A DNA stretch of 64,000 nt from Camelus dromedarius (taxonomy: Eukaryota), in contig NC_087436.1 in NCBI RefSeq assembly GCF_036321535.1, positions 72,418,001 through 72,482,000 on the forward strand. The letters are read 5' to 3'. The notes under the pieces were generated by a model, which saw nothing but the letters and a program-made list of their open reading frames with translations, made no database searches and was not told where the DNA came from. Made by a program: the position numbers and the translations under genes. This document shows, piece after piece, positions 10,228-23,922 of the stretch; positions within the stretch are counted from its first letter, which is position 1; each line of letters starts with the position of its first letter.

Positions 10228-12099
10228 GTGAGTGTTTTTAAAATCTGATATCATTCCTACTGACTTGAAATTTGAACCTTAGTGTTAAATTGTCTTTAAG
10301 TTTTATAAGCTCTTTCCCCAGTGATACTGACTGTTTTCAATCAACCGATTTATTACCAGTTTCTGAGTTATAGCACCTTAAATGAATAATGAAAAAAAAC
10401 TTTGATCATTTTTTCATATTTTTGACTAATTAGATACCTATAATAGTTGAACATATAAATACTTTTTTAGTGGGAGAGTTTTTTTAATAAGCAGAATTTC
10501 AATAAATAATGTTTGGCAAAATTTGAAAGGTACAGAATCTTGAAGTATCTTTTAATATTAACCTCTCAATGGTTTTCCCTTTAAAATTTGCAATTATTTT
10601 TTTTCCTATTTTCTCAAGAGAAATTAGATCTTATTAACTGGAAGAAAATATATTTAATGTCATAGAAATAAATAAGCCCTTCTATTTGTTGCAGCTTATT
10701 GTTTCTTGAATTACCTAAACAGCCAAAAAGTTAAAACATTCTTAGTGATCGAATTTTTCCCATTTTTCCTTTCTGTACGAGAGATTTATAAATAAAAATA
10801 TCCTTGGGTTATAAACATCACATGAGTCTTTGGCATAGGGCTTTTCAGTGTATGGAGCCAGGTAGCAGCCTGTCCCATTTGGAGGTGAGGTTATAGACTT
10901 CGCACATTCAGGCCATGCTGTAAGCAGATTTGCAGGTGTCCTACAACAGGGACCTCCCCAGATCCTACACTTTAGATCCTCCTATCTGAATTCATTTTCA
11001 GTAACTAAATGGATAGCCCAAGCATTTGTTCCATGTTTATCCTGTTGCTCAGTGATTGCAAAAATCATTCATTTGCCAGATTCTCTTTATTTTTCCTCTC
11101 CTGCTGATTCCTTTTAGTATTTGTAAAATCTTGTATGCTGACCGACAGCTCATTATAGAAGCCTCACCTTTTCTTTTTATCTCACTGCTAATGGCTTTAT
11201 AATTTTTATAGCTAGGCTGGCATTTAAAAAAAAACCATATTTTTGGAGTTAGTAAGAGACTCCGGTTTATGTTGTTTAAATAATCATGATTTGTAGAGTG
11301 GGGTGTTTAATAATTAAAAAACAAAATTTATCAGTAAGGCTGTTCAGCTTCCTTTAGACTCTCCCCTCTAGTGCTTACTCAGTATTTCTCTCTCTGCCAT
11401 AGAATTATTTGATTTAAAGATCTTTTTATCCTCTTGTGAAGCTTGAAGGGCCCAGATTCCAGTTAGGACCATTACTAAAGGTGATTTTCCGTAACCTGAT
11501 TTCAGCCAAGATAGAGTTAGTCCCAATGACTAGCAAAGGCAGTTTCTTAAAATCATGTTTTATTTTGTTGGCAATATTATAGAGTGGTTTTCCTATTGTA
11601 ATGCCTTACATGTTCTAAAGAAAATGATATATGATAGCTAGCTGGTTACAATTTTTGATTTCCAAGCAGTTCTTATTTCATTTTAGATTTCAAACCTAAA
11701 TGTTTCACCATTTCTGTGTTGCCGTTGTTTTTGCTAATATTTTATTGGCTGCATCATCTATATTAAGTCAATTGGCCATAACTTACATAACCATCTTTGC
11801 TGTTGTTTAATGTCTAGTCCTTGAAACATGAAATAATTTACTCTGAGATTCAGGTCATGTTCTTGTCAACGTCATACCAACCAGGTTTGTTCACTTTCTA
11901 TATAAGTTTCTATAATTACTTTTATTAAAGGGTATGCCTAGAGCTAAGAGACTATTCAAAGATTCATAATTCTAAAGTGGGGGCATATTATAGTTTAAAA
12001 CAAATGTTTCCGCCCCACCCCCTTGGCTGTTTATCATTAACTTTGCAATGAATATCATCTTGCCTTTAAATAATCCAGTTGTGTTGTTGAAAAATTCTT

Positions 12100-12330
12100 A
12101 ATATTTAATGATCCCTTACTCTGTGTTAAGCACTTTGATGGGATTTTTCACATACAGTATGTCATTTGTCCTTACAACAACTGAAGGAAGTAGACACTGT
12201 TACTATTCCCAATTAACAGATTGAGAACAGGTTGAGACATAGAGAAATTAAATAACTTGTCCAAGATAACACAAGAAATAAATAGTGACGACAGGATATG
12301 AAGCTGCACGCAACCCAGTGCTTTACTCTA
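12100..12330 (-). mobile_element. MIR SINE
   Basis: TCATTTGTCCTTACAACAAC..ATTCCCAATTAACAGAT..GAGACATAGAGAAATTAAATAACTTGTCCAAGATAACACA. Confidence 0.75.
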
Positions 12331-12489
12331 TATGCAATTTATAATTGTCATATCTCACTGTTGCTTTTCCTCTTTTTCAAAACATTTATTAAATCTCATA
12401 GAACTCCTGTGAGTCAAGAAAACTAATTTTGCATATAGACATTAAATACTGTCAGATTCCCTCACTGCCAGGTAACCTGGGACTTCATG

Positions 12490-12880
12490 AGAAGAATTTA
12501 GACCTCCTTAAACTTAGATGGGAGGTCACTAACCTCTGATAAATTTAGCATTTTCTTCAATTATGAATGTTGGCAACACACCACAGTAGTATTAGCAGTA
12601 CTTGTGAGGTTTCCAGTAAAAATACAGATATTTTAATATCACAGAGTTGAGGCAGAGATCTCAAAACATACACACTCACCACTACTCTGGTATTATGGTA
12701 GTTATTAGACTTGCTACTAGATCCTTTTATTTAATGCTTTTAAAAAAATGTTTGATAACAGTATTTCAATAAAACTGGCTTCCTTGTAAACCTGTATATC
12801 CTATATTAAACATTTAAAAAGATTGTTCTGAGAAGGTGTCCATAGGGTTCAACAGACAGCCAAGGATTCTTATGGTATAA
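12490..12880. mobile_element. hAT-Charlie DNA transposon relic (Charlie4-like)
   Basis: TTCTGAGAAGGTGTCCATAGGGTTCAACAGACAGCCAA and CAGTAGTATTAGCAGTAC motifs recalled from Charlie4-type consensus. Confidence 0.5.
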
Positions 12881-14474
12881 AGCTTAGCATCTAAGATTTT
12901 TCTGAAAAAGTATGTGTGTTTAGGTAGCTACTGATGTTCCAAGTTACAAGTTAGGGCCCTGGAAGAGTTAAGTTACAAAACTGAATATCAGTCATACTTA
13001 ATGAAAAGAACTTGCTTTACATTGTATTGGTTTGCAGAAGTATAATTCCTGATAAAATTACTTCACAGTGTAAGAAGTATTTAGGATATGAAATGAATGT
13101 TTTTAAAAGGCCCTAAACTTAACCTTCCTAAGAATTCTTTTACTTTAAAAACATTCACTTACTTCAAAAGGCTCCCTAGTACTAGTGATTGGTTTTATTC
13201 CACGTGTAGTTTTACCCTGGTTCCTTTGGATTTCATATCAATGAAACTGTTAAGACCTGCAGAGATGTTTAAATTGCTCATGATTGTATTAGGCTTTTTC
13301 ATCTTTGTAGATCATAAAACCGTTTACTGCAGCTCTAATTAAAGTTGTGGTTGAAAGTGAGATTAAAACGTAGATGCAGAAGCAAAATGTCAAGTATATA
13401 AATTAGATACACTCTTGATCTTGGGTAGATTTTATTTGCTGTTACTTTACTATTTTGTAAAGGAATGTTTTGATACACAGGAAAGTCCTGATTTTTTTCT
13501 CTCCTGTTTACTGCTTTGCTTTAGTTAATTAAACACTTCATTTAGTTTTAGTAACCATAGATTAGGATGGTTACAATTTATTTTCTGGAAAGTATAGGTA
13601 AGTAATCAAGCTCTTAGAAACAGCGCTAAATGCTGATGGCTTTCTGGTGCCATAATTACTTTTGGTTCTCTGAACAGGTGTCCATCTGTTACTTAACAGA
13701 AACTAGGAGAGAGAGCCATTTTTACAAATCAGCCAATCAACTCTTAGCCAAATTCTCTTATGTAAGGTCAACAGAGAACATTCCCATTGTGTAGATGAGG
13801 AAATTGCAAGCCTTTGAGAGCAGTTAAGTGACTTGTCCAATTTCATTATAGCTACTAAGGGTGAACCAGGGCTGGGACTCAGGACTTCTGGCTTTGGGTG
13901 AGTAATTTGTACTGAATTGTGTTGCCCTACTAACCTCCTCCCATCCGCCTTCCACTCTGATTTATTGCCTCCTAATGAAGTCACACTTAGTGCTAGCCTA
14001 GCAATGGGGTGAGAATAAAGTACTGAAAGAGAATAAAGTGCTAAAGAGAAGTCCTGCCTTCTCTGGGGGTGACTTGCAACATTTCTGCCTTTTTAGGAAA
14101 TGTCACCTGAGCAAGTAATGACAGGGTGCCTTGTATGAAAGCTATCTAAGGGGTCAAATTGACTTCACTTTTGATGTGTATTAATGGCAATGTGACTATA
14201 TAATTTTTTGATGAAACAAGCAAATTTTTAAGAGTAAAAAGTGATGAAAGTTACATATTTAGAACATTTATTGATTTATATTAGGCAACCTATAAAATAA
14301 TTCTATTCAAAACTATTTTCAAAGTTAACATTTTTAAAAGGTAATTTACATCCTTATATATTAAGATAGTTTAAGTTTTTTATCTTAATTTTTATTAATA
14401 CCCTTAAATGTTTGTGTTAACTAAGCAAATATTAACTTTTAACATGTGACACATTCTTGGTGCACATTCCCATG

Positions 14475-14683
14475 CAGTTGACTCTTGAACAATGCAGAGG
14501 TTAGGGATGCTGACCCTCCACACAGTCAGAAACCTTCACAGTTGGCCCTCTGTATTTGCAGTTCTGCATCCTCAGATTCAACCAACTGGGAATCATGTAG
14601 CACTGTGGTACCTTTTTAGTGAAAAAGATCTAAGAACAAGTGGACCTACGCAGTGCAAACACATTTTGCTCAGGGGTCAACCA
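14475..14683. mobile_element. Tigger2-derived MITE (MER8-like)
   Basis: TIRs CAGTTGACTCTTGAACAA and TTGCTCAGGGGTCAAC; homologous, in opposite orientation, to 48244-48458. Confidence 0.8.
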
Positions 14684-15189
14684 AACTTGAATCAGTTTCT
14701 TAGCCATATCTTCCTTTAACACCTAGTTTCTGATACTTTTCTGAAAAAAAAAAAGAAGTTAAATTTGCTGCAGTTTTCTTAATTACTCTTTTCTTTAGAC
14801 AGTAGTATTTTTATGGTTTTAAAAATACTGTCTCTGCAGATGCTAAAGCACCTGGTAAACACAGAACAAACTGCTAAAGGGAACATAGTCTCAATTCTAG
14901 TTTTTAAAATATTGAATGTGAAGATATTTCAACCTAAATAATTTTCACAGGTGCTATCTGCATGTCTCCTTTCAAAGTACCTTTCTTTGACAAATACTTA
15001 AGATAAAAGTTATCAAATAAGTTGTGCCTATTTATGATTTAAAATATTTTATTATTTATAGATGCAGTAAATGATAGGTCTTCTCAGTTGTATTCCATTA
15101 AATTACAAACTATAAATTTATTCAGTGAAAAATAGGAACTTTATCAAAAGCTCTTCCCACAATTAGAACATTTTAAATTGGATTGTAGA

Positions 15190-16129
15190 TGTATTTGTTT
15201 ACTAAGTCTACCATAAACAAAGTACCGCAAACTAGATGGCTTTGTGGAGGAGACGATATTCCCCTCTTTTGTCTCTCAGTTCCTTGAGCTGGTAATTAAA
15301 ATGACATAAGACAGATGAACAGGAGAAAATCAAGGTTATTATGTACGTATGGGAAATTCACATAAACGTGGAGAATTCCTAAGACAGTAAGGCAAGATGA
15401 GGTTTGTATGTTATTCTAGACTAAGGAGAAGAAGGTAAGGGTCTGGGAAAAGAGAAGTAAGGAAGGTGAAGAGTTACTGTTTGTTAAATGTTTGCTGGGT
15501 CATCTAGAGACAGTGGGACACAGAAAGGACTTTGATCAAATGGGTCTTGCCAGCTTCCTCCTTGTCTACCACACCTAGTTCATACTCTACTATGTTTATC
15601 TGTGGTTGTACCATGGTTATCTGTGGTGACAGCACCTTCCTGAACCAGGCCTCCTATCTTAAATTCTCTTAGGCATTTAGGAGGAATTTCAAACATTCTT
15701 CCTGAGTCTTTTGGCCCTTGCTTGTTTCAGCATGAAATAATGTGTGTGGCACATCTTGGGGCAACTTGCCCTGAACCCCATCAGCTTAAAACAACAAAAA
15801 ATGTATCCTCACATTTGTGGAGGCTAGAAATCTGAAACCAGCGTATTGGCAGGACCATGCTTTTCTAGCCTGTTGTTGCTGGCAGTCCTTGGTTTTCCTT
15901 GTCTATAACTGTGGGACTCCACCCCTGCCTCTGTGGTCATATGGCTCTCTTGCCTGTGTCTTCTCTTCCTACAAGGACGGCAGTCATGCTGGATTAATGG
16001 TCCACGCCGGTATGACTTCATCCTCCATCTTAATTACATCTGCAAATACTTTATTTCCAGAAAAGGTCACAGATACCAGAGATTAGGATTTGAACATACC
16101 TTCTTAGGGTCACAATTCAACACACAACA
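15190..16129 (-). mobile_element. MaLR MLT1 LTR interrupted by an ERV1 LTR
   Basis: ACAAAGTACCGCAAACTAGATGGCTT resumes as GCTTAAAACAACAAAAA after the insert; ends CACAATTCAACACACAACA. Confidence 0.75.
15243..15783 (-). mobile_element. ERV1-class solo LTR
   Basis: TG...CA ends with perfect 4-bp TSD GCTT (15239-15242 and 15784-15787); related to the LTRs at 27498 and 40486. Confidence 0.85.
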
Positions 16130-16929
16130 ATAGAATTTCAAAATCGCTTGTATATTATTTGAGCCATCATTGTTTAATTAGTTCAGTGTTTCTCTCGCTT
16201 TTGAAGGGAAACATTTCTGTTTGTAAGCTTTGATTTCAGTGATTGCAACTCACTAAAAGTTTCAAATCTGAAGTCCCATCTGCCTTGGTCTATTTTTTTT
16301 TAATATATTGATTAACAATGTTCAACAAATTTTGAATAAAATGCAACGCTTTTAGGTCTTTTGGACTCATTTACAAAATAGATTTTTAAGTACATTTCTA
16401 AAATCTGATGTAGGGAATAAAGAGAATACATTCTGCTGTGATGAAATTTTTTTTGTATTCAATATAAACTTCACAAAAGTTTTTTAATTAAGTTACAAAA
16501 CTGTTTATATGTACGATATTTATTAATTTGTTATCAATTTATACTTTATTTGGTAGATTCTAGCTTATTTGCACATTATTATGGATAAAGAGTCCTATGA
16601 CCAGTTTCGAGCACATATGCTTCACAGGTTTCCTTATATGGAAAGTAGCTGACCCCCTATCAGGAATACTAGAGTGGGGATTCCTGCTTTGAGAGTAATG
16701 GGGGCATAAATCAGAGATTCCTAATCAAGGCTCAGCAGAAGCTCTTTATAGATATTTTAATTAAACCCTGTGGGATTTTTAGGTCTAGCCTATACAGAAT
16801 CTCAAAAAGTTCCTGACAATTCCTTAGCCAGTCTGTCTTAACTGAGTCCTGTTGTGTTCTGTAAAAGAAATTGTGTCAGAAATGGTGGAGATTTTCTTAA
16901 GAGACAAAAAGTGGACACTAGAGGCAAAG

Positions 16930-17760
16930 ATGGTTGAGTTTCACATTAAAATCAAGAACTCATCAAAAGTAACCATTTAATAAATGAAAAGACAAGCCAC
17001 ATACTATGATACTTGATACACAGATATAACTAATATAAGATTAATATTCAGAATGCATAAATAACTACTTCAAATTAGGCATGGGCTAATAATTCATTAG
17101 AAAAATGGTCAAGAGATGAACAGGCATTCCATCAAGAGGAACGCCAAATGGCCATTAAACCTATAAGATACCCAACCTGTAGTGATCAGGGAAATGCATA
17201 TTAAAATCACAACAAAATTCCATTAACTAATTGGTTAAATTAAAAGCTTTGACAAAATCAAGGAAGTAGAGCAATAGAAATTCTTAAATACTACTGGTGG
17301 ACTTGTGAACTAGTGCAATCACTTTGGAAAACAAGATGGCATAAATTGAACATACATAAATGATCTTATAATCCCGCAATTCTATTCCTGGGTGTAAACG
17401 TTAGTGAAATATTCTCATATTTCATATTATATACATATATAAATGTGATAGATGTCATGTAGATCATGTATATTATAAATTATCACACATAGTATATATG
17501 GTGTATATTATTATAATAATAATGTATATTGTTATATTTTTAATGTTTAGAGATAGAAACATTAGGTTAAATGGTAAAAAAGAACAATGGAATTATAAAC
17601 CAAAATTTCAGGATCATATTTAACTCTATGAGAAAGGAAAAAGTTTTTGGTAGGGGAGGGTTATATAGACAATTTCAGTGATGATGATACTATTTTTCTT
17701 AAACTGGATGACAAGGTTTTTAATTTTACTATAATTGTTTTCTTTTCATGTGTTTTATAT
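16930..17760 (+). mobile_element. Old L1M 3' region fragments
   Basis: AAAATGGTCAAGAGATGAACAGGCATT..GGGAAATGCATATTAAAATCACAA..CACTTTGGAAAAC; approximate limits. Confidence 0.65.
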
Positions 17761-18309
17761 TTTGCATCTACTCATTTAATATAATTCAAGATCTATTTGA
17801 TAACATTTAAAATATTTTAAGATAGAAAGATAAATATCCAGAATACTACCTATTTCACCATTTTATTTTATGTATTCCCTTTTAATCTTTAGTCATATGC
17901 ATTCACATTTTAACAGTTATAATTATGAACCTACAATTTTTCATTTAATTTCTTCACTTAATTTTATACAATGAACATTTTCATATATTGATGTTTTTAT
18001 AGTTAATTATTTTCAGTGGCTGCATAGTAAAAAATACAAATTGTGCAAATTATAATAAAAATTTAAGTCTGAGAATTCCACAGATATTTAATAAACATAT
18101 ACAATGTGCAAAATACTCTCAGGTATTAAGGAAGAACAATGTTTCAAGTCGAGGGAATAGTACAAGTGAATTCTCAGGAATGAGAACCTGGTGCGGTTGA
18201 TAAGCTGAGATTTAGCTATGTGTAGTGTGGGACTTGGTGAGCACAGTGAGGCTGAAGAAAGCTCATGCAGGAGTGTGTAAGCCACAGGACATTTGGATTT
18301 GAGTTAAAA

Positions 18310-19140
18310 CTCCCATTTTTCAGTTTCTCAGGTCAAAAATTTTGGAGTCATATTTGACTCGTGTTCTTTTTCTCACACCCTACACCTAATCTCCCAGTGG
18401 CCCCAGCCTCAAAATAGATTCTAAATCAGGCTACTTAGCACCTCCACTGCTATCCGCCTTGTCCAAGCCACCATCATCCCTTGCCTGGGATACCACACTA
18501 GCCTCTTAACTGGTGTCCCTGCTTCCCCCCTTCCTTCCATTGAGTATGTCCTCCGCATTTTAACCAGTTATCACTAAATTAGGAAATGGCACTCCTCAAA
18601 ATCTCTAGACAGCTTTCTATCTCACAATAAAAGCAAATGTCCTTCTGAAGGCCTGTCGAACCCTGTGTGATCTGATGTCACACTACTTCTCTGACTTCAT
18701 GTCCTGTTCTGGTCCATTTGTTCTTTCCACTGCAGCCACTGGCCTCCCTGTTATTCATCAGACATGCCAGGTATGCTCCTGCCTTAAGTCTTTTGTGCTT
18801 GCTGTGTACTTCCTAATTTAGCCTAGAATTCTTTTCTCCAGATAACCACATAACATATTCCTTCATTTCCTTCAATGCCACCTGATTAATCAGAGAAGTG
18901 ACACCTTAATCCACCTATGTAACATGGTAATTCTGGCCTCCAGGTATGCCTTTTCTTTCAGTTTATACATATGATATGTTAAATATTTGCTTTTTTAAAA
19001 AATTTGCTTATGTCTTCTCTAACTGGAATATAATTTTCATGAAAGTGGCCCATTTGTTCCATATTATTTATATTCCTGGTGCCTAGAATAGTGCCTGGCA
19101 TATAGTTGATTTCAATATGTATTTATTAAATTAATAAAAA
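18310..19140 (+). mobile_element. L2 LINE 3' portion, flanked by antisense L2 pieces
   Basis: TTGGAGTCATATTTGACTC..GTCCAAGCCACCATCATC..TAGCCTCTTAACTGG..GCCTAGAATAGTGCCTGGCATATAG L2 3' terminus. Confidence 0.75.
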
Positions 19141-20409
19141 TTGGACATGTGGATTTAATGAGGGAAGTGATATGATTCCATTTGGAAAACCACTCTGGCT
19201 GCAGTGTGGAAAATGGATTGGCAGAATTCAAGACTTGAGCCAGGGAGAATTCCTAGGAGTTGTATGCTTCTGTGGCTGGAAATTTGGGTTGTTGCTGATA
19301 CTTAACATTTTTCACCAATATGTGTGTTGAAAAAAAAATCTCATCTCCTTATGCACTAAAGTCTTTTATGTGAGCTATGAATGTGTGTGTTTACCAGTCC
19401 TTCCAGCATATCAGCTGATACAGGCATCCTCCTGTTGGACCTCCGCTAATCCCAAGTTGCTTCATTTATCTTTGTATCACGTCTCCCACAGAGCCGGAGT
19501 TGCGAGGCTCTGCAGTGACTGAGGGAATCAATGGAATGGACCAGTTGCTACTGAAAATGCTCTAAGTCCGTATACATAATTGGATGGGAGTCTTATGCGT
19601 GTTTACTCATAAACACCAGCGAGGCCAGGCTTTACCATTTCAGCTGTAATTAGCAAACTGACTTAGCACGTCAGTGCTGTGATGTAAAGGAAGCCCTGTC
19701 ACCTCAGACCCCAACACAGAAGGTGTAGTCAAGTTTCATCTGTAGATAGACTGTCTTCATGGAAGTGATTAATCAGTTTACGCCATTGTTACCTCCACCA
19801 TCCTCAGGTTGACACAGCTCTGTAGTGTCTAGGGCATCGGTATCCTGGATACTTATGCTCAGTGATTGCCAGTTTCACAGTAGCCCATGAATAAGTCATT
19901 GTGTTTAACAGAGAATCAGCTAATAAAACATGTGCGCAGCTGTATTGCTATTCATATGCTATAAAATGTAACATAGAACTCAGATGGCTTTATATTTTAA
20001 AATATAAATATATGTTCTTAAGAGTGAATTCTAGTATATTAGCAGATAAACTTGCTTCTATATAGTAGAGTATTTTACCTATCTGAATATTGCTGACACA
20101 ATAAATTTTTAGAAAGTAATTTTTACTGCCTTATAAATGAGTCATGCTTGAATTATTTGCAGTGTCTGCAACCCTTCATATTTGTTAATGTAAGAGTCCT
20201 TGTTCTCTTAGTATTAAAATTCTACTTAAATGAATTACTAAAAAATGTGCACCAGGAATTCAAAGTAAATAGTGGAAAAAGTTTGTTACTTAGTTCTGAA
20301 AAATAAAATTTAAACTCAAAATGAATATATTTTTATCTTAACTTGATTTAGTCTATAATTGTAATTACATACTAATTACTAGAATGTACAAAGGCAAACT
20401 ACAAAAGCT

Positions 20410-22040
20410 CACTCAAGAAATAATAAATAACCTGAAGAGCCCTCTATATTAAAAAATTAATTTGTAGTTTTAAACCTTACAACACAGAAAGCTCCAGGAC
20501 CAGATGGCTTCACAGGTGAAGTCTACCAATCATTTAGGGAAGAAATAATACGAATTCTACACAAACTCTTCTGGAAATCTGAAGGGGATGGAATACTTCC
20601 TAGCACATTCCCTGAGGGCAGCATCACCCTGACACCAAAAGCATGCAGAGACAGTACAAGAAAGGAAATCTACAAGTACCTCTCATGTACATAGGTACAA
20701 ACATTTTGTCTTAAAATTTTGATGAAATCCAAAATATCTGGAAATGATAGGTGGGAAGTTTATCCTAGGACTGCAAGGTTGGTTTCACATTTGAAAATTA
20801 ATCAATGTAATTTAACGTATTAATAGACTAAAACCAAAAAAAGCATATGATTATATGATCTTCTTAATAGACACAGAAAAAGCATTTGACAGTATTCTGA
20901 TACAAAGCCTCATCAAACTAGGAATAGAACTAAATCACAAAACTGAATGTGTAACCTAAACCCATAAAACTTCTATAAGGAAACATTGGAGAAAATGTGA
21001 CCTTGAGTTAAGACAAAAATTTCTTATACACAATACCAAAAGCATAAACCATAAAAGGAAAATTAATTGAAATACATCAAAATTGAGAACTTAGCATCCA
21101 AAGACACAGTTAATAGAATGGAAATATGTCAAATCACATATCTTATAAAGGACTTGAATCAAGGATATATGAAGAACTCTCAAAATTCAATATTAAAGGG
21201 CAAAAACTCAAATCACACAATTCACCAAAGAAGATAGGCAGATGCTGTATAAGCACATGAAAAAAGTGCTCAACATCATTATTCATCTGGGGAATGCAAA
21301 TTAAAAGCACAGTCAGATGCTGCCATATAGCCACTAGATTGTCCAAAATTTAAAAGACTGACCATACCAAGTGATGGCAAGTATGTGGAGCAACTGGAAC
21401 TCTTGTATACTGCTTGCAGAAATGTAAAATGATACAACTTTGGAAAACAGATTGACAGTTTCTTACAAATTTAAACATACCGTATGACCCAGTCATTCTG
21501 TTCCTAGATATTTGCTCAAGAGAAATGAAAGCGCATGTGCATACAAGACTTGCCCATGAATGTTTATAGCAGCTTTGTTTGTCATGACTAAAAACTGGAA
21601 ACAACATAAATATCCATCAACCATTAAATGGATATACACATTTTGGTATGTCGTTACAATGGAAAGCTACTCAGCAATGAAAAGAAATGCACTACTGATA
21701 TGTGCAGCAACATGAATGAATTTTAATTGTGCTGAGTCAAAGTAGCTGGATAAAATGGAGTATGTGGTGCATGATTCCATTTTTATAAAATTCATGATGA
21801 TACAAACTAATATATAGCAACAGAAAGCAGATCAGTGTTGTCTGGGGACATGGCAGGGACAGATGGAATGGTGAGATTAAAAAAGGATTACCAGGAAACT
21901 TTTGGGGTTGATGGATATGTTTCTTTTCCTGATTTTGGTGATGGTTTCCCAGGTATATACACACATTAAAACATCAAATTGTACACGTTAAGTATATGCA
22001 GTATATTGTATGTCAGTTACACCCTAATAAAGCGATTATA
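20410..22040 (+). mobile_element. L1M (L1MC/MD-like) ORF2 fragments and 3' UTR
   Basis: KAPGPDGFTGEVYQ encoded from 20488; 3' end AAATTGTACACGTTAAGTATATGCAG..AATAAA. Confidence 0.8.
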
Positions 22041-22254
22041 AAATTAGGACAGTGGAGTAAGATTGGTACACTGAACTTACAATGACCTTTCATGTCTTGA
22101 AAGCTATTAAATTTTCAGTGAAAAGCAGACAAAATTAAAATCAAAAGTAGAGTGTACTTATAATTGTAATGTCTAACCAATCATTTTATTTGCTCAAATT
22201 GTTTACCCACAGTTACGATTATTATTAAAATATACTTTTGTGTTGAACTGAAGA

Positions 22255-22438
22255 AATGATTTCCAAACATGGTCATGTACAAGAATTACCTGCGGGAACC
22301 TGTTAGATGTGCAGATTCCCAGGCCCCCTCCATGGATTCTGAATCATGGGTGTGATCGTGGGGTCTAGGAATCTGCAAGTTCAGTAAGCTTCCCAGGCAA
22401 TTTTGATACATGTATCCATAGACCACATTTCAGAATCA
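22255..22438. mobile_element. MER5-type hAT-Charlie MITE
   Basis: AGAATTACCTG..TGCAGATTCCCAGGCCCC..GATTCTGAATCA..AGGAATCTGCA..CCCAGGCAATTTTGAT. Confidence 0.7.
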
Positions 22439-23737
22439 TTTCTTAGCAGAACACTGTTTGCAGCAAAATTGTGTAAATCTGGATGAACGCTGTGGATCAC
22501 TGGTGCCAGACTGAAATGGAGTATTGATCTGAGTCTACGTATGTGTACACCAGCCTATTAGAGAGGGGAGTTGACTTCCCTGAGGGGCAGCAAATCTGCA
22601 TTATGTCTGTATTGGCTGGTATTCATGATGCCTGATCTTGTTAGAAAATAAAAAGTGTCCAGGTACTTGAAAAAATGAAGGTGCCATAAGGTTTTTCTTT
22701 TCTCCCTTTTTCTTCTGCTTCCTCCTCTTCCTCCTTTTCCTCTTCTTCGCAATATTCACTGACCTGCATTTGGCATTTTGGGTCGTATTCATGTGCTATA
22801 CAGTTCATGCTTTCATCAGGCCTTTCAACAGTGAAAGGACAGGGGCAGCAGGAAGAAGGGACCATCTGTTACTTTATCAGGTATCTTTAAAAACGAAACG
22901 TGCAGTAGGAGCCACATTAATTCACTACTTTCAAGTCTGATGTCAGGGAGAGTAGGGAAGTCTTCCTGTAATGCATTTCTTTGTGCCTTTCTAGAGATAG
23001 ATATGTGTCATCTGTCATACAGTGTTTCTTACCACCTTAGGCACTGATAAACCGCCAGGTAGTTTTGTACAGTTTTTCTATTAGAAGTGATGCTATGGTG
23101 TGGGGGTGGGGCTTACTGGCCTGGTCCCCACTGTGATCGATGACGAGCATGGCAAGACTGGCAGCTGTTGTCACAGTGGTCCTGGAGCTGAGGAATAACA
23201 TTTTCCCTTGAGTACGTTAGAAGAGTTGTGTAGTACAGAGCTCATGACTGTGGGGTCTTGTACAGGGTATACTATTAGAAGTGAACTGACTTTGCCTTTG
23301 GGTCAAAAGACTACGGTGCTGCATCTGTACCCCATGGCCTGGGGCTTTGAAGATGGGTGCTGGTTTTAACTAGACTGTGCTGCTCTGCCTCTTCTGAAAA
23401 AATAACAGAGGCTTCAGTAGCGTCAATATTTTAGTCCAGATCTTGAGTATGTAGTTTGATAATTTAAAAAAAAAATCATGAAGTGAGAGTCATGAAGAAA
23501 TGTATACTGTAGATAGATTATAATGCAGAACCAAAAAGCCTAGTTGGAATCTTTCATAAAATTAATAATATATTTTTGAACCTGAAGAATGTGTCGAATA
23601 TACTTGAAAAAAATCAATTTCCGGTTGCTCACTTGGGGAATCAAAGATGTCTTGTTCACTCTTGTACCTTAAATTTATGTGGTCAAATGTTCCTTATTGC
23701 CTTTTTAGTACTACATTTCTCTCTTTGTTTTCCACAG

Positions 23738-23922
23738 ACATGATGCAGTTATTATCTCAGGAACTGAAATGTCCAAACAAATCCAGAAAGAAATACGGCA
23801 AGGTGTGGACTCTTGGATTTCCTTTGGGAACAGAAGGCCTCACCTCAGCGTCGTTCTAGTGGGTGATGACCCCGCCAGCCACACCTACGTCAGGAGGAAG
23901 GTCAAAGCGGCCGCTGCTGTAG
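23738..23922 (+). CDS. MTHFD2L: MTHFD2L coding exon 2
   Basis: TTTCCACAG| acceptor; HDAVIISGTEMSKQIQKEIRQGVDSWISFGNRRPHLSVVLVGDDPASHTYVRRKVKAAAAV with the FolD YxxxK motif; donor AG|GTGGGC; 185 nt. Confidence 0.97.

Noticed and set aside
22558..22865. Acidic/basic ORFs (EEEEKEEEE, KKRKRRK) on the minus strand
   Set aside because: Translations of a CT-rich low-complexity tract at about 22690-22748.
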